This document shows, piece by piece, positions 1-12,399 of a stretch of DNA of 64,000 nucleotides. Origin of the DNA: Eledone cirrhosa. Lineage: Eukaryota. The stretch is from assembly GCA_964016885.1 (NCBI GenBank), contig OZ024741.1, positions 50,778,001 to 50,842,000 on the forward strand, read 5' to 3'. The position numbers were made by a program, and so were the translations under genes. Each line of letters starts with the position of its first letter. Position 1 is the stretch's first letter. A model generated the notes under the pieces. The model worked only from the letters and a program-made list of their open reading frames with translations, was not told the DNA's origin and made no database searches.

Positions 1-860
1 ACGGAGTTAATTATTATAAAATAACAGGAGGCTGGACTGGTGTAAATCCTTGAAAGGTTTATTATACTATGATCATTTCAATGATCGGGTTCAGTATGAA
101 TCCGGTGACATCATCAAGTATTCAAAATATAACAAATGAATATAACAGATAAAATCCATGGGGCTGAAAATCAGAGACAAGAGGACGACCGACTATTTAG
201 CAGCTTCTACCTCAGTTGGTCGCTCTCAAGTGTTGATTATTAAGTCTACTTATGACCATCCGGGGAGGGGCCGCAAGTTTATAATGTGCTACTACCTCGC
301 CGTCAAAGAGAAATGTCAGCGTTGAGTTCATGCCTCAATCAGGCTGATCATGCATGCTAGAAATTTCCGCGAAAAATGTTTTTTCCAAAGAACATATATT
401 TTCAACAAAGGCATATATAGTGGGCGTCTGTATGGTATAATGCGTGGACAGAAATTTCGGTTAACAATTAGAAACGTTAAACTTATGTTTAGAGTTATAG
501 GATGAAATTAGAAAAATAAGGTTTACGGTTTGGGTTGTGAGATTTAGTTAAAGAATTTACAGAAAGAGGCTTTTATGAAAAGGTTTAAGTCACGATAAGT
601 TTTCAGAGTAGGATATAGAGTAAAGATTAAGCCTTTATTTAGCGGTCGATAACCAGCGACGACTGCAGACCCCGGCCAGCCCTCCCTAACTACGTGCCAC
701 CCATTCCTAGTAATATCGTCTAGCGAAAGAAATGGAAATTAATTTTTCCGAGCACTCCAGGAATATAACTGTCTTAGGCGTCGGGTGTGTTAACGGGAAG
801 TCCGCCACCGCCGTCTTACACCAGTCCAGCCTCCTGTTATTTTATAATAATTAACTCCGT
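1..860 (-). mobile_element. Probable PLE terminal region with inverted copy (1-45 vs 816-860); runs off the window start
   Basis: 816-860 is the exact reverse complement of 1-45. A hammerhead-like motif (64-121) is followed by AATAAA on the minus strand. Confidence 0.55.
64..121 (-). ncRNA. Type I hammerhead ribozyme-like motif (C3U core)
   Basis: Minus strand: atac TTGATGA [imperfect stem II] GAAA tgatca TA gtat. Stem I atac/gtat; palindromic stem III. Confidence 0.55.
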
Positions 861-1027
861 ACTTGCACCACCAACTACACTAACGAAGACGGGTGAGTTG
901 CATTACGTTGAGTGCTCTCCATAATATTACATCGAGGTTGACCATACGGAATGACCAGCTCTACCCAGTGGTGAACCAACAAACCTAAATAAATAATGCT
1001 CCAGAAATATCGAGCGCTTTCAGATGT

Positions 1028-1110
1028 AATAATTGTTTCTACTTTTGGCACAAGGCCAGCAATTATCCCAGTGTATTACTGGTACTTTAATTTACTGGTA
1101 CTTTATTTAT
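1028..1110 (-). mobile_element. tRNA-derived SINE, 3' fragment
   Basis: Reverse complement of the SINE tail (ataaagtaccagtaat...gctggccttgtgccaaaagtagaaacaattatt) found at several other loci in the window. Confidence 0.8.
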
Positions 1111-1114
1111 GTTG

Positions 1115-1665
1115 TCGTCGAGTCCATAGAGAAGACCGACCCACAACCTTCTTTTGACCAGGACGGGCAGGCAATTTTCCTCTGTCTGGTGGCAGTAGCG
1201 AAAGAGGTTGTATGGTGGACCAGGTTGAAAGGACTGAAGACAAGCACTTTTCTCTTCGGCCAATCCCTCATCAACTTTTTGAAGTTTCACTTGGAAATGG
1301 AAGGTGAGGGTGGAGAGAGAAGTGCTGCACCCTAGTACATTTGCTGAAAGGTGGGTGAATGTGGCGAGAATGGCCCGTGTGAATGGGCTTACTCTGATCA
1401 TGCACCTGTAGGCTGGTTAATTTGAAGAGGAGAGGGGTGCCCTCTCCGGGTGCCCTCGAAACTTCGGGTGGTTCAGGATCGATGGGGTGCCTGAGTCAAC
1501 CATGGGTGGTTATCCCCCCTATTGGGGAATTTCATTGTTGTATTTTTCTTGTTTATTATTATTGTTTTCCTATTTTTTTTACTCAATTTTTGTGTAAACC
1601 CCCACTGTCCCAGCCAACTGTATTGACCCCCCATATGTCGGTCCTTGTGGCCAATAAATGAAACT
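1115..1665 (+). mobile_element. Tx1/L1-clade LINE, 3' fragment
   Basis: GQAIFLCLVAVAKEVVWWTRLKGLK matches the ORF2 C-termini at 17911-18237 and 29773-30222. Same 3' end (ccttgtggccaataaatgaaa). Confidence 0.85.
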
Positions 1666-2006
1666 ACGTTGCTTGATGTTTGGTTCTTGTTCCAGTTATT
1701 GTAGTTTTATTTATTGTTATTATTAGTTTTTCTTTGTTTCTTTATATTCCTTGAAACTTTGTTTGGTTCTCTTCTGTTATCATTGTTGTCGTTGATGTTG
1801 TTGATGTTGTTGCTGTTGTTGGTCGTTCTATCCTTTGTTGTTGTTGGGGCTTCTATCCTTTCTTGTTGTTGTTGTTGGTGTTGTTGCTCTTCTTTTTCTT
1901 TTTTCCTTTTCTAAATATTTGTTTGTAACTGTTTGTTGTTCTTTGTTGTCTTAATTATGGCACTAATATTATTGTTATTGTTGATGATGTTACAGTTACT
2001 GCACTG

Positions 2007-2046
<40 letters not shown>

Positions 2047-2312
2047 CTTTTGTTGTTATTGTTGTTGTTGTTCATAAACCACCATGAAGCCATTCTAAAA
2101 CAAAAGATGTTATAACTGCTCTCGGGCGAAACACACCATTGTGTGTGTGTGTTTGTTTTTGTGTGTGAGTCTGTGTGTGCGTGTGTGTTAGTATGTATGT
2201 GTCTGTTGGTGAGTATATATATATATATATATATACCGGTATTTGTGTGTGTAAATATATATATATATATTTACATATACATACACACATATCATATATA
2301 TATATGTGTGTG

Positions 2313-2432
<120 letters not shown>

Positions 2433-2597
2433 GAAAGAGAGAGAGAGAGAGAGAGCTCGTGTATATGTAAGTGTGTGTATGTGCATGAAGTAATACAAAC
2501 TTAGAGAACGTATATTATATTCTGTAATAGTTTATAATACCTATTCGACTCTAGTTATGTATTGAGTACGTATGATTGACTACTTATAAATGATTAT

Positions 2598-2745
<148 letters not shown>

Positions 2746-2784
2746 TTATATATTTATTGTACACACACATATATATATACACGA

Positions 2785-3671
2785 TAAATTTAAGTTTAAT
2801 CGATAAATAAAAAATATAAACCGGTTGAGTTTCTCAATAAAATAGCTCGATGAACATTACTTGAGAGCCTACAATTTTACAATAAGTTTCTAAGTGTAAA
2901 CTATATATAAAAGAATATATACCGAGAATATCAATTGAGAAACTGCTAGTATTTTGTACATACAACATTTAAATTGTAAGAAGATATAGTTAATTTATGA
3001 TGGTAAATTTAAAATTCCTAATTAGTAGGTCGAAAGGAAAATATAGTAAGTGAAAAAACTTACATAACGATAGTATAATAAAAATAAAGCCTAGACAGAT
3101 CTGTTTCGAAAAATCGAAGAAAAGACACAAACTATCAATCTTAGCAATTAGTATCAATCACAAATTATCAATTTTGGTAATTAGCACTTCTAAGACCGTA
3201 ATGTTTCTCATCAGTAGGAATTTGTCTTATATGGACTATCCAATCTACCAGCAAATTAATAATATGCTGCACATGGTGTTAAAATAACGTTTAACAGAAA
3301 AGCAAATATGACAGGACAGACCATAAAGAATGCTAAAAATAGCTGGAAAAAGTCCCATAAGGCAACTCAACTAATTGAAAAATTAGAAGCAGACATATAA
3401 TATATTTAAGTTTAATCGATACATAAAAAACACACCAATTGTGCTTCTCAATAAAATAGCTTGAAGAACATTAATTCAGAGTCTACAAGTTTGCAACAAG
3501 TTTAAACGATTTATAAAGGAATATATATTTATAATATCAATTGAGAAATTGCTAGTATTTTGTACATGTGTATAGAACACTTAAATTGTAAGAAGATATA
3601 CTTACTTTATGATGGTAAATTTAGGAATTCCTAAACTTATCATCATAAAGTAAGTATCTCTCGTTTAAACT

Positions 3672-3675
<4 letters not shown>
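2785..3675. mobile_element. Two diverged ~230-bp direct repeats (2785-3020, 3403-3632) plus a terminal hairpin; probable tandem PLE pLTRs
   Basis: Direct repeat is visible by eye. Each copy has a degenerate hammerhead-like frame (aaaatagc TYGAWGA ... GAAA ytgc TA gtatttt). 3633-3660 inverts 3595-3625. Flanked by microsatellites. Confidence 0.45.
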
Positions 3676-3760
<85 letters not shown>

Positions 3761-3767
<7 letters not shown>

Positions 3768-4172
3768 TAAACGGAATAGAAAATGCTGACAAATTGTTCA
3801 CAGTTGAAAAATGGTTTAATTAGGAATAAAAGAGTATTAGTGATTGTATGGGTTAGTATTCAGTTGTGGTTTTAAGTTTTTAAGTTTTTACCGGTTGCGC
3901 ATTTCTAAATGCTTTTCAAAAATAATTTTGAGATAGAGTGTCCGTGGCAAACAGCACGGACACTCTATCTCAAAATTATTTTTGAAAAGCATTTAGAAAT
4001 GCGCAACCGGTAAAAACTTAAAAACTTAAAACCACAACTGAATACTAACCCATACAATCACTAATACTCTTTTATTCCTAATTAAACCATTTTTCAACTG
4101 TGAACAATTTGTCAGCATTTTCTATTCCGTTTACCAATATATAATAACTTGTGTGTTACACCTCTATTCTTT

Positions 4173-4176
<4 letters not shown>
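3761..4176. repeat. Long palindrome (~186-bp arms, 8-nt loop at 3947-3954) with a ~35-bp unpaired tail, inside (TA)n
   Basis: 3955-4140 is the reverse complement of 3761-3946. Confidence 0.9.
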
Positions 4177-4210
<34 letters not shown>

Positions 4211-4286
4211 GTGTGTGTATATATCGCCGAAGTCTATATTTTTCTTGGTGCAATGCTTGCTTATATTTTATAAATATAATACATAT

Positions 4287-4365
<79 letters not shown>

Positions 4366-4822
4366 ATATATATGTGTGCGCGCGCGCGTGTGTGTGAGTA
4401 CGTCGGTATGAGTGTGGAGTAGTATTTCTTATGATGTTATGGGTTAAAATGACGGTGGAGGTGTACATACATACATACATATATATATACATACATACAT
4501 ACATACCTAAATGTATACATGCATACGTAGGTACATAGAAACGCACATACATACACACACATCCATCCATCCAAACATCCACGTATACATACAGACGTAA
4601 ATATATAGATGCATGCATACATACATATATACATAGGTATGTATGTAAATATAGAAATATAGCCACACACATACATATCCATACAATCATCATCACCGTT
4701 TAACTTTCATATATATATATATAGCTGTCGAAACGGCCGGAGCTCAGCCGTCGGGGTCCTGACTCTTTTCCTATATATATATATATAAATATAACCGTTC
4801 ATACATATACATATATCAGTAA

Positions 4823-6268
4823 CTAGTAGTTTAGCCCGGCGTTGCTCGGGTTTGTTCATTTGCTATGAAAAGTTACATACAGGTGAACGTGGCTTGAAAG
4901 CGAATAAGCTTATCAATTAAGTGCATAAAGCAGTTGAACCGGTTATTAAAAGTTACGAACCAATTAGCATTTTGGACGATCAATGATGGGTTAATAATCT
5001 TCCAATAGCGAATTTAGCAGACCAAAGTTGCAAGATGGTGGCCCTGATGCCGCTGGGTGTCAGATCTGTCCGCCATGGGTGACCCTACCAGGAAATAATT
5101 TTCCAGACGACATAGCTCCAACACCTCCAACACCTGCACCAACATCTATAGCACCTCTTTGTAGACGATATTACGTGTAATCCTTTGAGGAGTGTAAGCA
5201 AAAAGTCCATTCCTGCTCCCTACGCGGCCATGGGAGAAGCATGGCTCCCCTAAATGGATGCCCGCCACCGACAGTGTTTGCCTTTGTGACTTGTTAATAG
5301 ATATGGCAAAACATGGTCTCACCGGGAATTGGGATCGCCGGAAATCTAACGGGATATCTGACGTCGAGGGGAAAAGGTTCATCCTTGACAGTGTATTCGG
5401 CAGAATTGCCAGAAGTACAACACTATGGGTGTTGTCATATTAATATTTAACCAATGAAAGACGTAAAAAATAAATAATTTAAAGATTCCGATTCATATGT
5501 CTATAGCATTAATCTGTTATATGAAGTGTTATTTTGCGGGTTGTTATTTGCAATAAACCGATTTAAAATGCCCCAGAAAAGCCGTATGTCAATACGGAAC
5601 TCCAATGACTCCCCCAGCAGTTAAATTATAGAGAGGGGGAATAATCTATTATAGAGAGAGAGGGAAGAGCGATAGAGAGAGTAAAGCTAAGAAACTATAG
5701 AGAGGTGTGTAAAACAGTGTTGTCATATAGAGAGTGAAGAGCGACAGAGAGAGTAAAGCAGTTAAATTATAGAGAGGGGGAATAATCTATTATAGAGAGA
5801 GGGAAGAGCGACAGAGAGAGTAAAGCTAAGAAACTATAGGGAGGTGTGTTAAACCTCAAAGCATGAAGCGAGTAAAGCAGTTAAATTATAGAGAGGGGGA
5901 ATGATCTATTATAGAGAGAGGGAAGAGCGACGGAGAGAGCGTTACGACTATGTTTGTTGTATAAAATTATGTGTTGCTTAGTTTTCAAAGTTTATGTCGC
6001 GTTCCTGAACGAAGTTTTGTCGCTGTTGGGTAGTAGAGAGAGTGAATAAGCGTGTAACAGAGAGGGTTACAGCATGTATTTAATTTTATCGATTTTTTCA
6101 TAGTAGCAGGACATTTTTGGCAAAGTTTATTACGCGTTGACCATCGTTGGTAAATTTGGAGCACATTGGAAAAGAAAATCATCAAAATCGGTAGAGAAAT
6201 GTGGAAATGCATAAAAATCATGCACACACACAGACAGATATCTTCCGTTTTATATATATATATAGAGA
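4823..6268 (-). mobile_element. Non-autonomous Helitron with both termini
   Basis: Minus strand starts A|TCTCTATATA...AAAACGGAAG and ends with hairpin cccgagcaacgccggg then CTAG|T. Inserted between A and T with no TSD. Carries a PIF1-helicase remnant and internal ~120-140-bp tandem repeats (5619-5940). Confidence 0.85.
5146..5382 (-). pseudogene. Helitron RepHel PIF1-helicase C-terminal fragment
   Basis: DIPLDFRRSQFPVRPCFAISINKSQRQTL..GIHLGEPCFSHG..RVGS...NIVYKEVL matches the known C-terminal motifs (QFP..LAFAMTINKSQGQ, FSHGQ, NVVYKEVL) with an internal deletion. Confidence 0.85.
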
Positions 6269-6344
6269 TTATTGGAACACTCGAATACGTAATCCACTGT
6301 CTTTAATCCTGAGAAGCTGAGCTTCACAAAATCAAACAGAGCAT

Positions 6345-6672
6345 GTTTAATTAGGAAATGACAGGTAGAAGGCAATAATTGGACACGTTTAATTAGAAAA
6401 TGACAGGTAGAATGCAATAATGGGACACGTTTAATTAGGAAATGACAGGTAGAAGGCAATAATGGGACACGTTTAATTAGGAAATGACAGGTAGAAGCCA
6501 ATAATGGGACACGCTTAATTAGAAAATGACAGGTAGAATGCAATCATGGGACAGGTTTAATAGGGAAATTACAGGTAGAAGCCAATAATGTGACACGTTT
6601 AATAGAGAAATGACAGGTAGAATACAATATTGGGACATGTTTAATTTGGAAATTACAGGTAGAAGCCAATAT
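6345..6672. repeat. 42-bp minisatellite, ~8 copies
   Basis: Unit tttaattaggaaatgacaggtagaaggcaataatgggacacg; 14-aa periodicity in the ORF track. Confidence 0.9.
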
Positions 6673-7039
6673 TGGTATTGTGAAAATACGAAAAACACTG
6701 TCGAAGTCTAACACATAACAAGTGATTATATACATGTGTAGACATGTATATAATGTGTGTGTGTTTATATATGTACATACACATACAGACACACACTGCA
6801 ATGGCATCCATACTTTTACACACATACATACGTGTTCATATATACATACATACATGCATGTACACATACCTACATGTATACATACGTACATATATGCATA
6901 CATAGTGCATGCACACATACATACATATATACATATATATATACATACATACATATATACATACATATATATACATACATACATACATACATACATACAT
7001 ACATACATACATACATACACACATACATACATACATAAA

Positions 7040-7905
7040 CATTGACCAATTTACAGAAAAAGTTGTGCATGGATACTTGAGACGTAAAACACAGACCATA
7101 GAGGGGATAAACCACTCAAAAGGCCTGGCATGGAGTTCCGACAAGTTTATGACATCACACCTTGAGGGATATCTCTATGCAATACAGGAACAAGAACTCC
7201 CTACCAAATATCTGCTGCACAAAAGAGGAGGGCCATCAGCTGACAATAAATGTAGGCTATCTAAAACAAAGATCGAAGATGTAAGCCACATTGTTGCCAG
7301 CTGCGAAAGAATGTCATCTCACTACTACCTCCCCATGGGACACGATGGGATAGCTAGAACCATCTGGAACGCACGTCGGAAAACAAAATTAACAACAAAC
7401 GAGGAAGAATATATTGAGACAGATGGCACTAAGAAATACTGGTGGAACCTGAAAATAAAAACTGCCACCAAATTAAAGCACAACCGGCCTGATATTGTTG
7501 TTTGGGATCACACATTGAAAACGTGTTCTGTTGTGGAGATCAGCTGCCCACTTGATGTAAACGTTGCCAGAAAAATACAGGAGAAGGAGGACATCTACAG
7601 ACCACTGATGAGGAGTTTACAAATCCAGTATCCAAGATACACCTTTAGCTTCATACCCATCAATATTGGAGCTACGGGTTATATACCAACCTGCTTGGAC
7701 CAATGTATGACTGAACTTGGATTTGCGGACAAAGAGCACAGCCCCCTAATTCATAGTCTACAAATGGCTGCGATAGCTGGCACCTTCAAAATTTGCAAAA
7801 CAATCTTGCGATTCAAGGGATGACAATTTCTTTTCTTTTACAACCTTGCTACCAGGAAGGTAGCCGGTCAAAAAATATACTCGAAATTAAGAGAAAGAGC
7901 TAACC
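7040..7905 (+). mobile_element. 5'-truncated R4/Dong-type RLE non-LTR retrotransposon in (CATA)n
   Basis: EGYLYAIQEQ, degenerate CCHC knuckle (CRLSK..EDVSHIVASC), HNRPDIVV..VEISCP RLE motif, PINIGATG; stop at 7823. (ATAC)n on both sides. Confidence 0.85.
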
Positions 7906-8099
7906 AACATACATACATGCATACATACATACATACATACAAATACAAACGCAATATGGGGCCATTAGCACAAGACCTCTAGATATAGAGGGCCATCTAA
8001 AATGCTCTTTTTAATGTTCTCCTGTACAATTTAATTGGCGCACTCTAGCATAGATTAATAACTGGTTTATTTTGTTCTGTGGTTTAGTAATTTCAGAAT

Positions 8100-8375
8100 T
8101 GAATTTGCAATCGGGAATACAAGCGGCTAAAATGGGGTTCCTCCGAAGGGTCTTTACAATAACGTTACTCAATAGAGTGCGTAGCTCGGAAATCAGGGAG
8201 TCACTTCAAGTAGAGCCTCTACTTCTCCGAATTGAGAGATCACAGCTCCGATAATATGAGCATGTGCTTAGAATATCTCAGAAAAGAATCGGTGGACAGA
8301 TTTTACGGGCAAAACCAAGTGGCAGGAGACTCAGAAGTAGACCCCGAGCAAGATGGTTGGAAAACATCCATGAAA
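8100..8375 (+). pseudogene. RTE-clade LINE RT C-terminal fragment
   Basis: IQAAKMGFLRRV..TLLNRVRSSEIRESLQVEPLLLRIERSQLR, then PSGRR..RPRARW after a stop. Confidence 0.8.
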
Positions 8376-8808
8376 CCACTTCCCACATCTCACTCCACAA
8401 AATATCTGATATAGAAAACACTAAAAATACCTGCCAAAACTGCCACGACACTCAAAAGTGTTATGAAAAGGCATTACACGCGACTTGTAGAGAATACCTT
8501 TAGAATTAAAGGCCAAAAAATATACACTCATTCATATAAAAAGATAGGGAGCATTCTAGCGATTTCTTTCCCAACCAATTTCGATGATCTATCATAAATA
8601 CATATCATATATCATTTAATTTTATATCAAATAAATAAATAAAAAAAATATTCTCTCTATTTCTGTGTATGCAATTGATCGTAAAACTGTAAAGTAAAAA
8701 TACGGATTATAGAATATATTAAGAATTTCTTACCTTCTCCAATAAAAAAGATTTTGTGAAATATACATATCCACAAAATAGCAGTAAGGAGCTTCGGTCT
8801 TTCACACT

Positions 8809-8966
<158 letters not shown>

Positions 8967-8983
8967 ATATTTATATATATATT

Positions 8984-9059
<76 letters not shown>

Positions 9060-9084
9060 TGTGTATATGTATGTGGAAGGTTGC

Positions 9085-9118
<34 letters not shown>

Positions 9119-9449
9119 GATGATGATGTTGGCTGCAACTCAATTTCGAATAATGCCATCGCTTGATATTTAAGCATGAGCATCCCGAACGTGGCTTTTT
9201 AGTCCTGCTAGGAACTTGCCTATGGCCAGCAATACCATGCAGCGCAAAACAAGTCACATATCAAGCGATGCCTGTGCTCGAAGCTTTTATAAGTGAGGAA
9301 AGGCTTTGCACGGGGCCAATCCCACTCTCTGAACATCGAATGCATTTGCCCCAAAAGAAGAACTGGTCTACATCATTGGATGCAAACGAAGTCGCAGGTT
9401 TTATATTAGAGTGACCTTCTCCTAGAGAGATGTCTTAATGAAGACACAG

Positions 9450-9592
<143 letters not shown>

Positions 9593-9639
9593 ACATACAC
9601 ATATATACAGTCTCCAGTCATCATTGGCAGTGTATTTAC

Positions 9640-9704
<65 letters not shown>

Positions 9705-9737
9705 TGTGTGTGTGTATATATATATATATATAGATAG

Positions 9738-10020
9738 ATGTCAGGTCACCAGTTGGTGCTACTGGTAACATGTATCCCAGTACAACCTGTCCCATGGTCG
9801 GGTCGTTGGCGACTAAACTGGCAACCCCACCAAGGTTTCTTGGTGAGGAGGGTGACTTTGGACATCCTGCAGGACTAAAAACAAAACCTGTCAAAGGGCA
9901 AAGGAGCTCTTAAGAGTCAATGGCCATCCAAAATCACCGGGAGGGATGACCTCTTAGCCTTTGTCAAGGCAGAATTCTAGGAGAAGGAAAACTCTGATAT
10001 AACACCTGCAACCCTGATGG
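9738..10020 (+). mobile_element. Probable RTE-type LINE 5' UTR fragment
   Basis: Motifs ctggcaaccccac and ctaggagaaggaaaactctga resemble RTE 5' regions as I recall them; not searched. Confidence 0.4.
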
Positions 10021-10969
10021 TATCCAATGATGTTGACTTGTTCTTCTTTTTGGTAAATATCATCTTGGTTAAGAGAGTGGGACTGGCTTTGTGCAGTGCC
10101 TTTGCTCACTATAAAAGCTTCACGGCACAGGCATTGCTTTATATCTGGAGATCTCTCGGCACTTGTCGTCACATGGTACCATGGGCCCAGCACTATGTGT
10201 CAGTAATTGTCACAAGTGTAGTGTTTGTACCAGAGTTTTCAAGTCGCTGGCTGGACTAAAAAGTCACACTCGTTCAGTGCATCGGTAGGGGTTCTCCTAC
10301 ATGGATATAAAGTAGTGGCCGTACTCGAAAACGAGTTGGCAGCCACCATATAGATAGATACGAGAAGATAAATAAAGTTTCGTTTGTGTAGGTCAAATCA
10401 AGTATTTTTGTATGTATGTATTTATTTCCTAGGGAATCGTTTGACCAACTGCTTTGCTTAATTGTTTTATTTGTTTTTATCTATTTTTGTATTCTTTCTC
10501 TAGACTTCTGATTTTTTTTTAAAGCAAAGTTTTTGCATTGGCCTCTAAAGTACTATCATATAAAACTGTTTATTTTAAAGTGTTTTTTATTTATCTAAAA
10601 ATCTTCCGTCATAATTTCATATAAGAACATTTAAGTTATGATCCAAATACCAAATATATAATGAAAAAGTTAGCTATATTACTATTGTTGTAGGACCTCC
10701 GTCTGCTCTCATGATGAGTGTTCCATTTATTCGGAACAGCCTGGCCGTTGAAATTAATATGTTTGGCTAAATATTCTAAAGACTGGTGTAACCTCTTAAT
10801 GTAATTCTCAAGGATATTCAGCATGACAGAGTGATAAACCTGACCCTTGGAATCAAGCTGAGTGGACAAGAGCAACATAAAATAATGTCTCTTGCTCAAG
10901 GTCAAACTCACAACCTAATTATAATGAACTGAACAACCTAAACACAAAGTCACACTCTTTCATTTATAT

Positions 10970-11230
10970 TCATCATCATCATCATCATCATCGTTTAACG
11001 TCCATATTCCACGCTTGCATAGGTTTGGACGGGAGTTTTCCACTTGAGGCAAGAGTGGTTATCTTGCTCGCATAGGACTGTCTGGCGGGTTTTCTACGGC
11101 TGGATGCCCTTCCTAACACCAACCACATTTACAGTGTGGAACTGGGAGGTTTTTACCGTGTTACCTACACGGCCACATTACAGCGTGGACTGTGTGTTTT
11201 TTTTGTCGTGACACCTACACGACCTCATTT
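10970..11230 (-). mobile_element. SINE fragment with (GAT)n tail
   Basis: Minus strand has ggtgttaggaagggcatccagccgtagaaa and ends ggacgttaaacgatgatgatg. Confidence 0.65.
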
Positions 11231-12138
11231 GTTTCGGCCTGGATGTTGTGGTACCAACATAACTTTATATTACATTACTATAACCTTCCTTCAAATTAGA
11301 AATACGGTAACAAAAGAGAGAATAAACTATCACACTTGTTTAGAGATTCTGCCCCATAGATATCATACACACACTGACACAAACACATATACATTATCGG
11401 CGCTGAGGCGAGCGAGGCACGGCCCAGCGAAGCCAAAGGACGTTCTAGTTAGACAAAGGTCGACGCCGAAGTAAGCGGGGTACTAACAGCGAATCATGCT
11501 TTTACATTTTACCTTCTTCTAGCTAAAAAAAAAAAACAATAAAAAAAAAACGAGAAGCAAAATTTTTCTTCTTTCAGTCGAGATTGAACTCTGGACAGTC
11601 TTTGTCATTTAAACTTAGCAGCTACACGCGCAGATAACCAGCGATCGTACCATTCAACCACAAGACCTTTTCTAGTTTTCAATGGTTTTTTAAAACACAT
11701 ATTCTAAACATTCAAAGGCAAATAGAGAATTATATACGATAGTATATAATTGCCACATCTTTTTCAGAATTAGCTCAATGTGTTTATATATTATGTTTGT
11801 TTGAAGAAAAAGAAGTTTTTAGGGATAAAGATTTGGAAATGCAGACATGAACAGTTTTAATATTTTGCGCCAAACTAATGGATCGTCTCATAACTTTCTC
11901 CGTCCTGTTTAAGATACGAATTGTATTTCAGACCCATTCTGCTTCTATTTAATATATTTTCTTATTCCTTCGAAGATGGGGAGTGCACTTATATACCTAT
12001 ATATTATTGCCTATGTAGAGATATAGATTATGCGAATAATTGAAACATGTGTAACGAATAATTGAAACATGTGTAAGGAATTAAATATTTAGTTCAAAGA
12101 TAATTTTTCCATCTATATACTTTTATACAAACACACAC

Positions 12139-12207
<69 letters not shown>

Positions 12208-12399
12208 ATATAAAAAATAAAAAAATATATATATATAAATATCTTTAAGTCGTTTGGAAGCCTCGACAATGCAAATGGGTAAATCTCCGGGTAACAAGAT
12301 CCGGTGGTGGAGAAAGAGATGTAAGTGGGTGTACGTTGAGATGCGTGGTGTGGAAAGATGTGTAAATGTGTAGAAGAAAGAAGGGAAGAGTATAAAGGA

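Noticed and set aside
3185-3220. Minus-strand CTGATGA-GAAA...GTC
   Set aside because: No stem II and poor stem I pairing.
10636-10911. 91-aa ORF as a host exon
   Set aside because: Begins within a CORE-type SINE fragment and has no recognisable motif.
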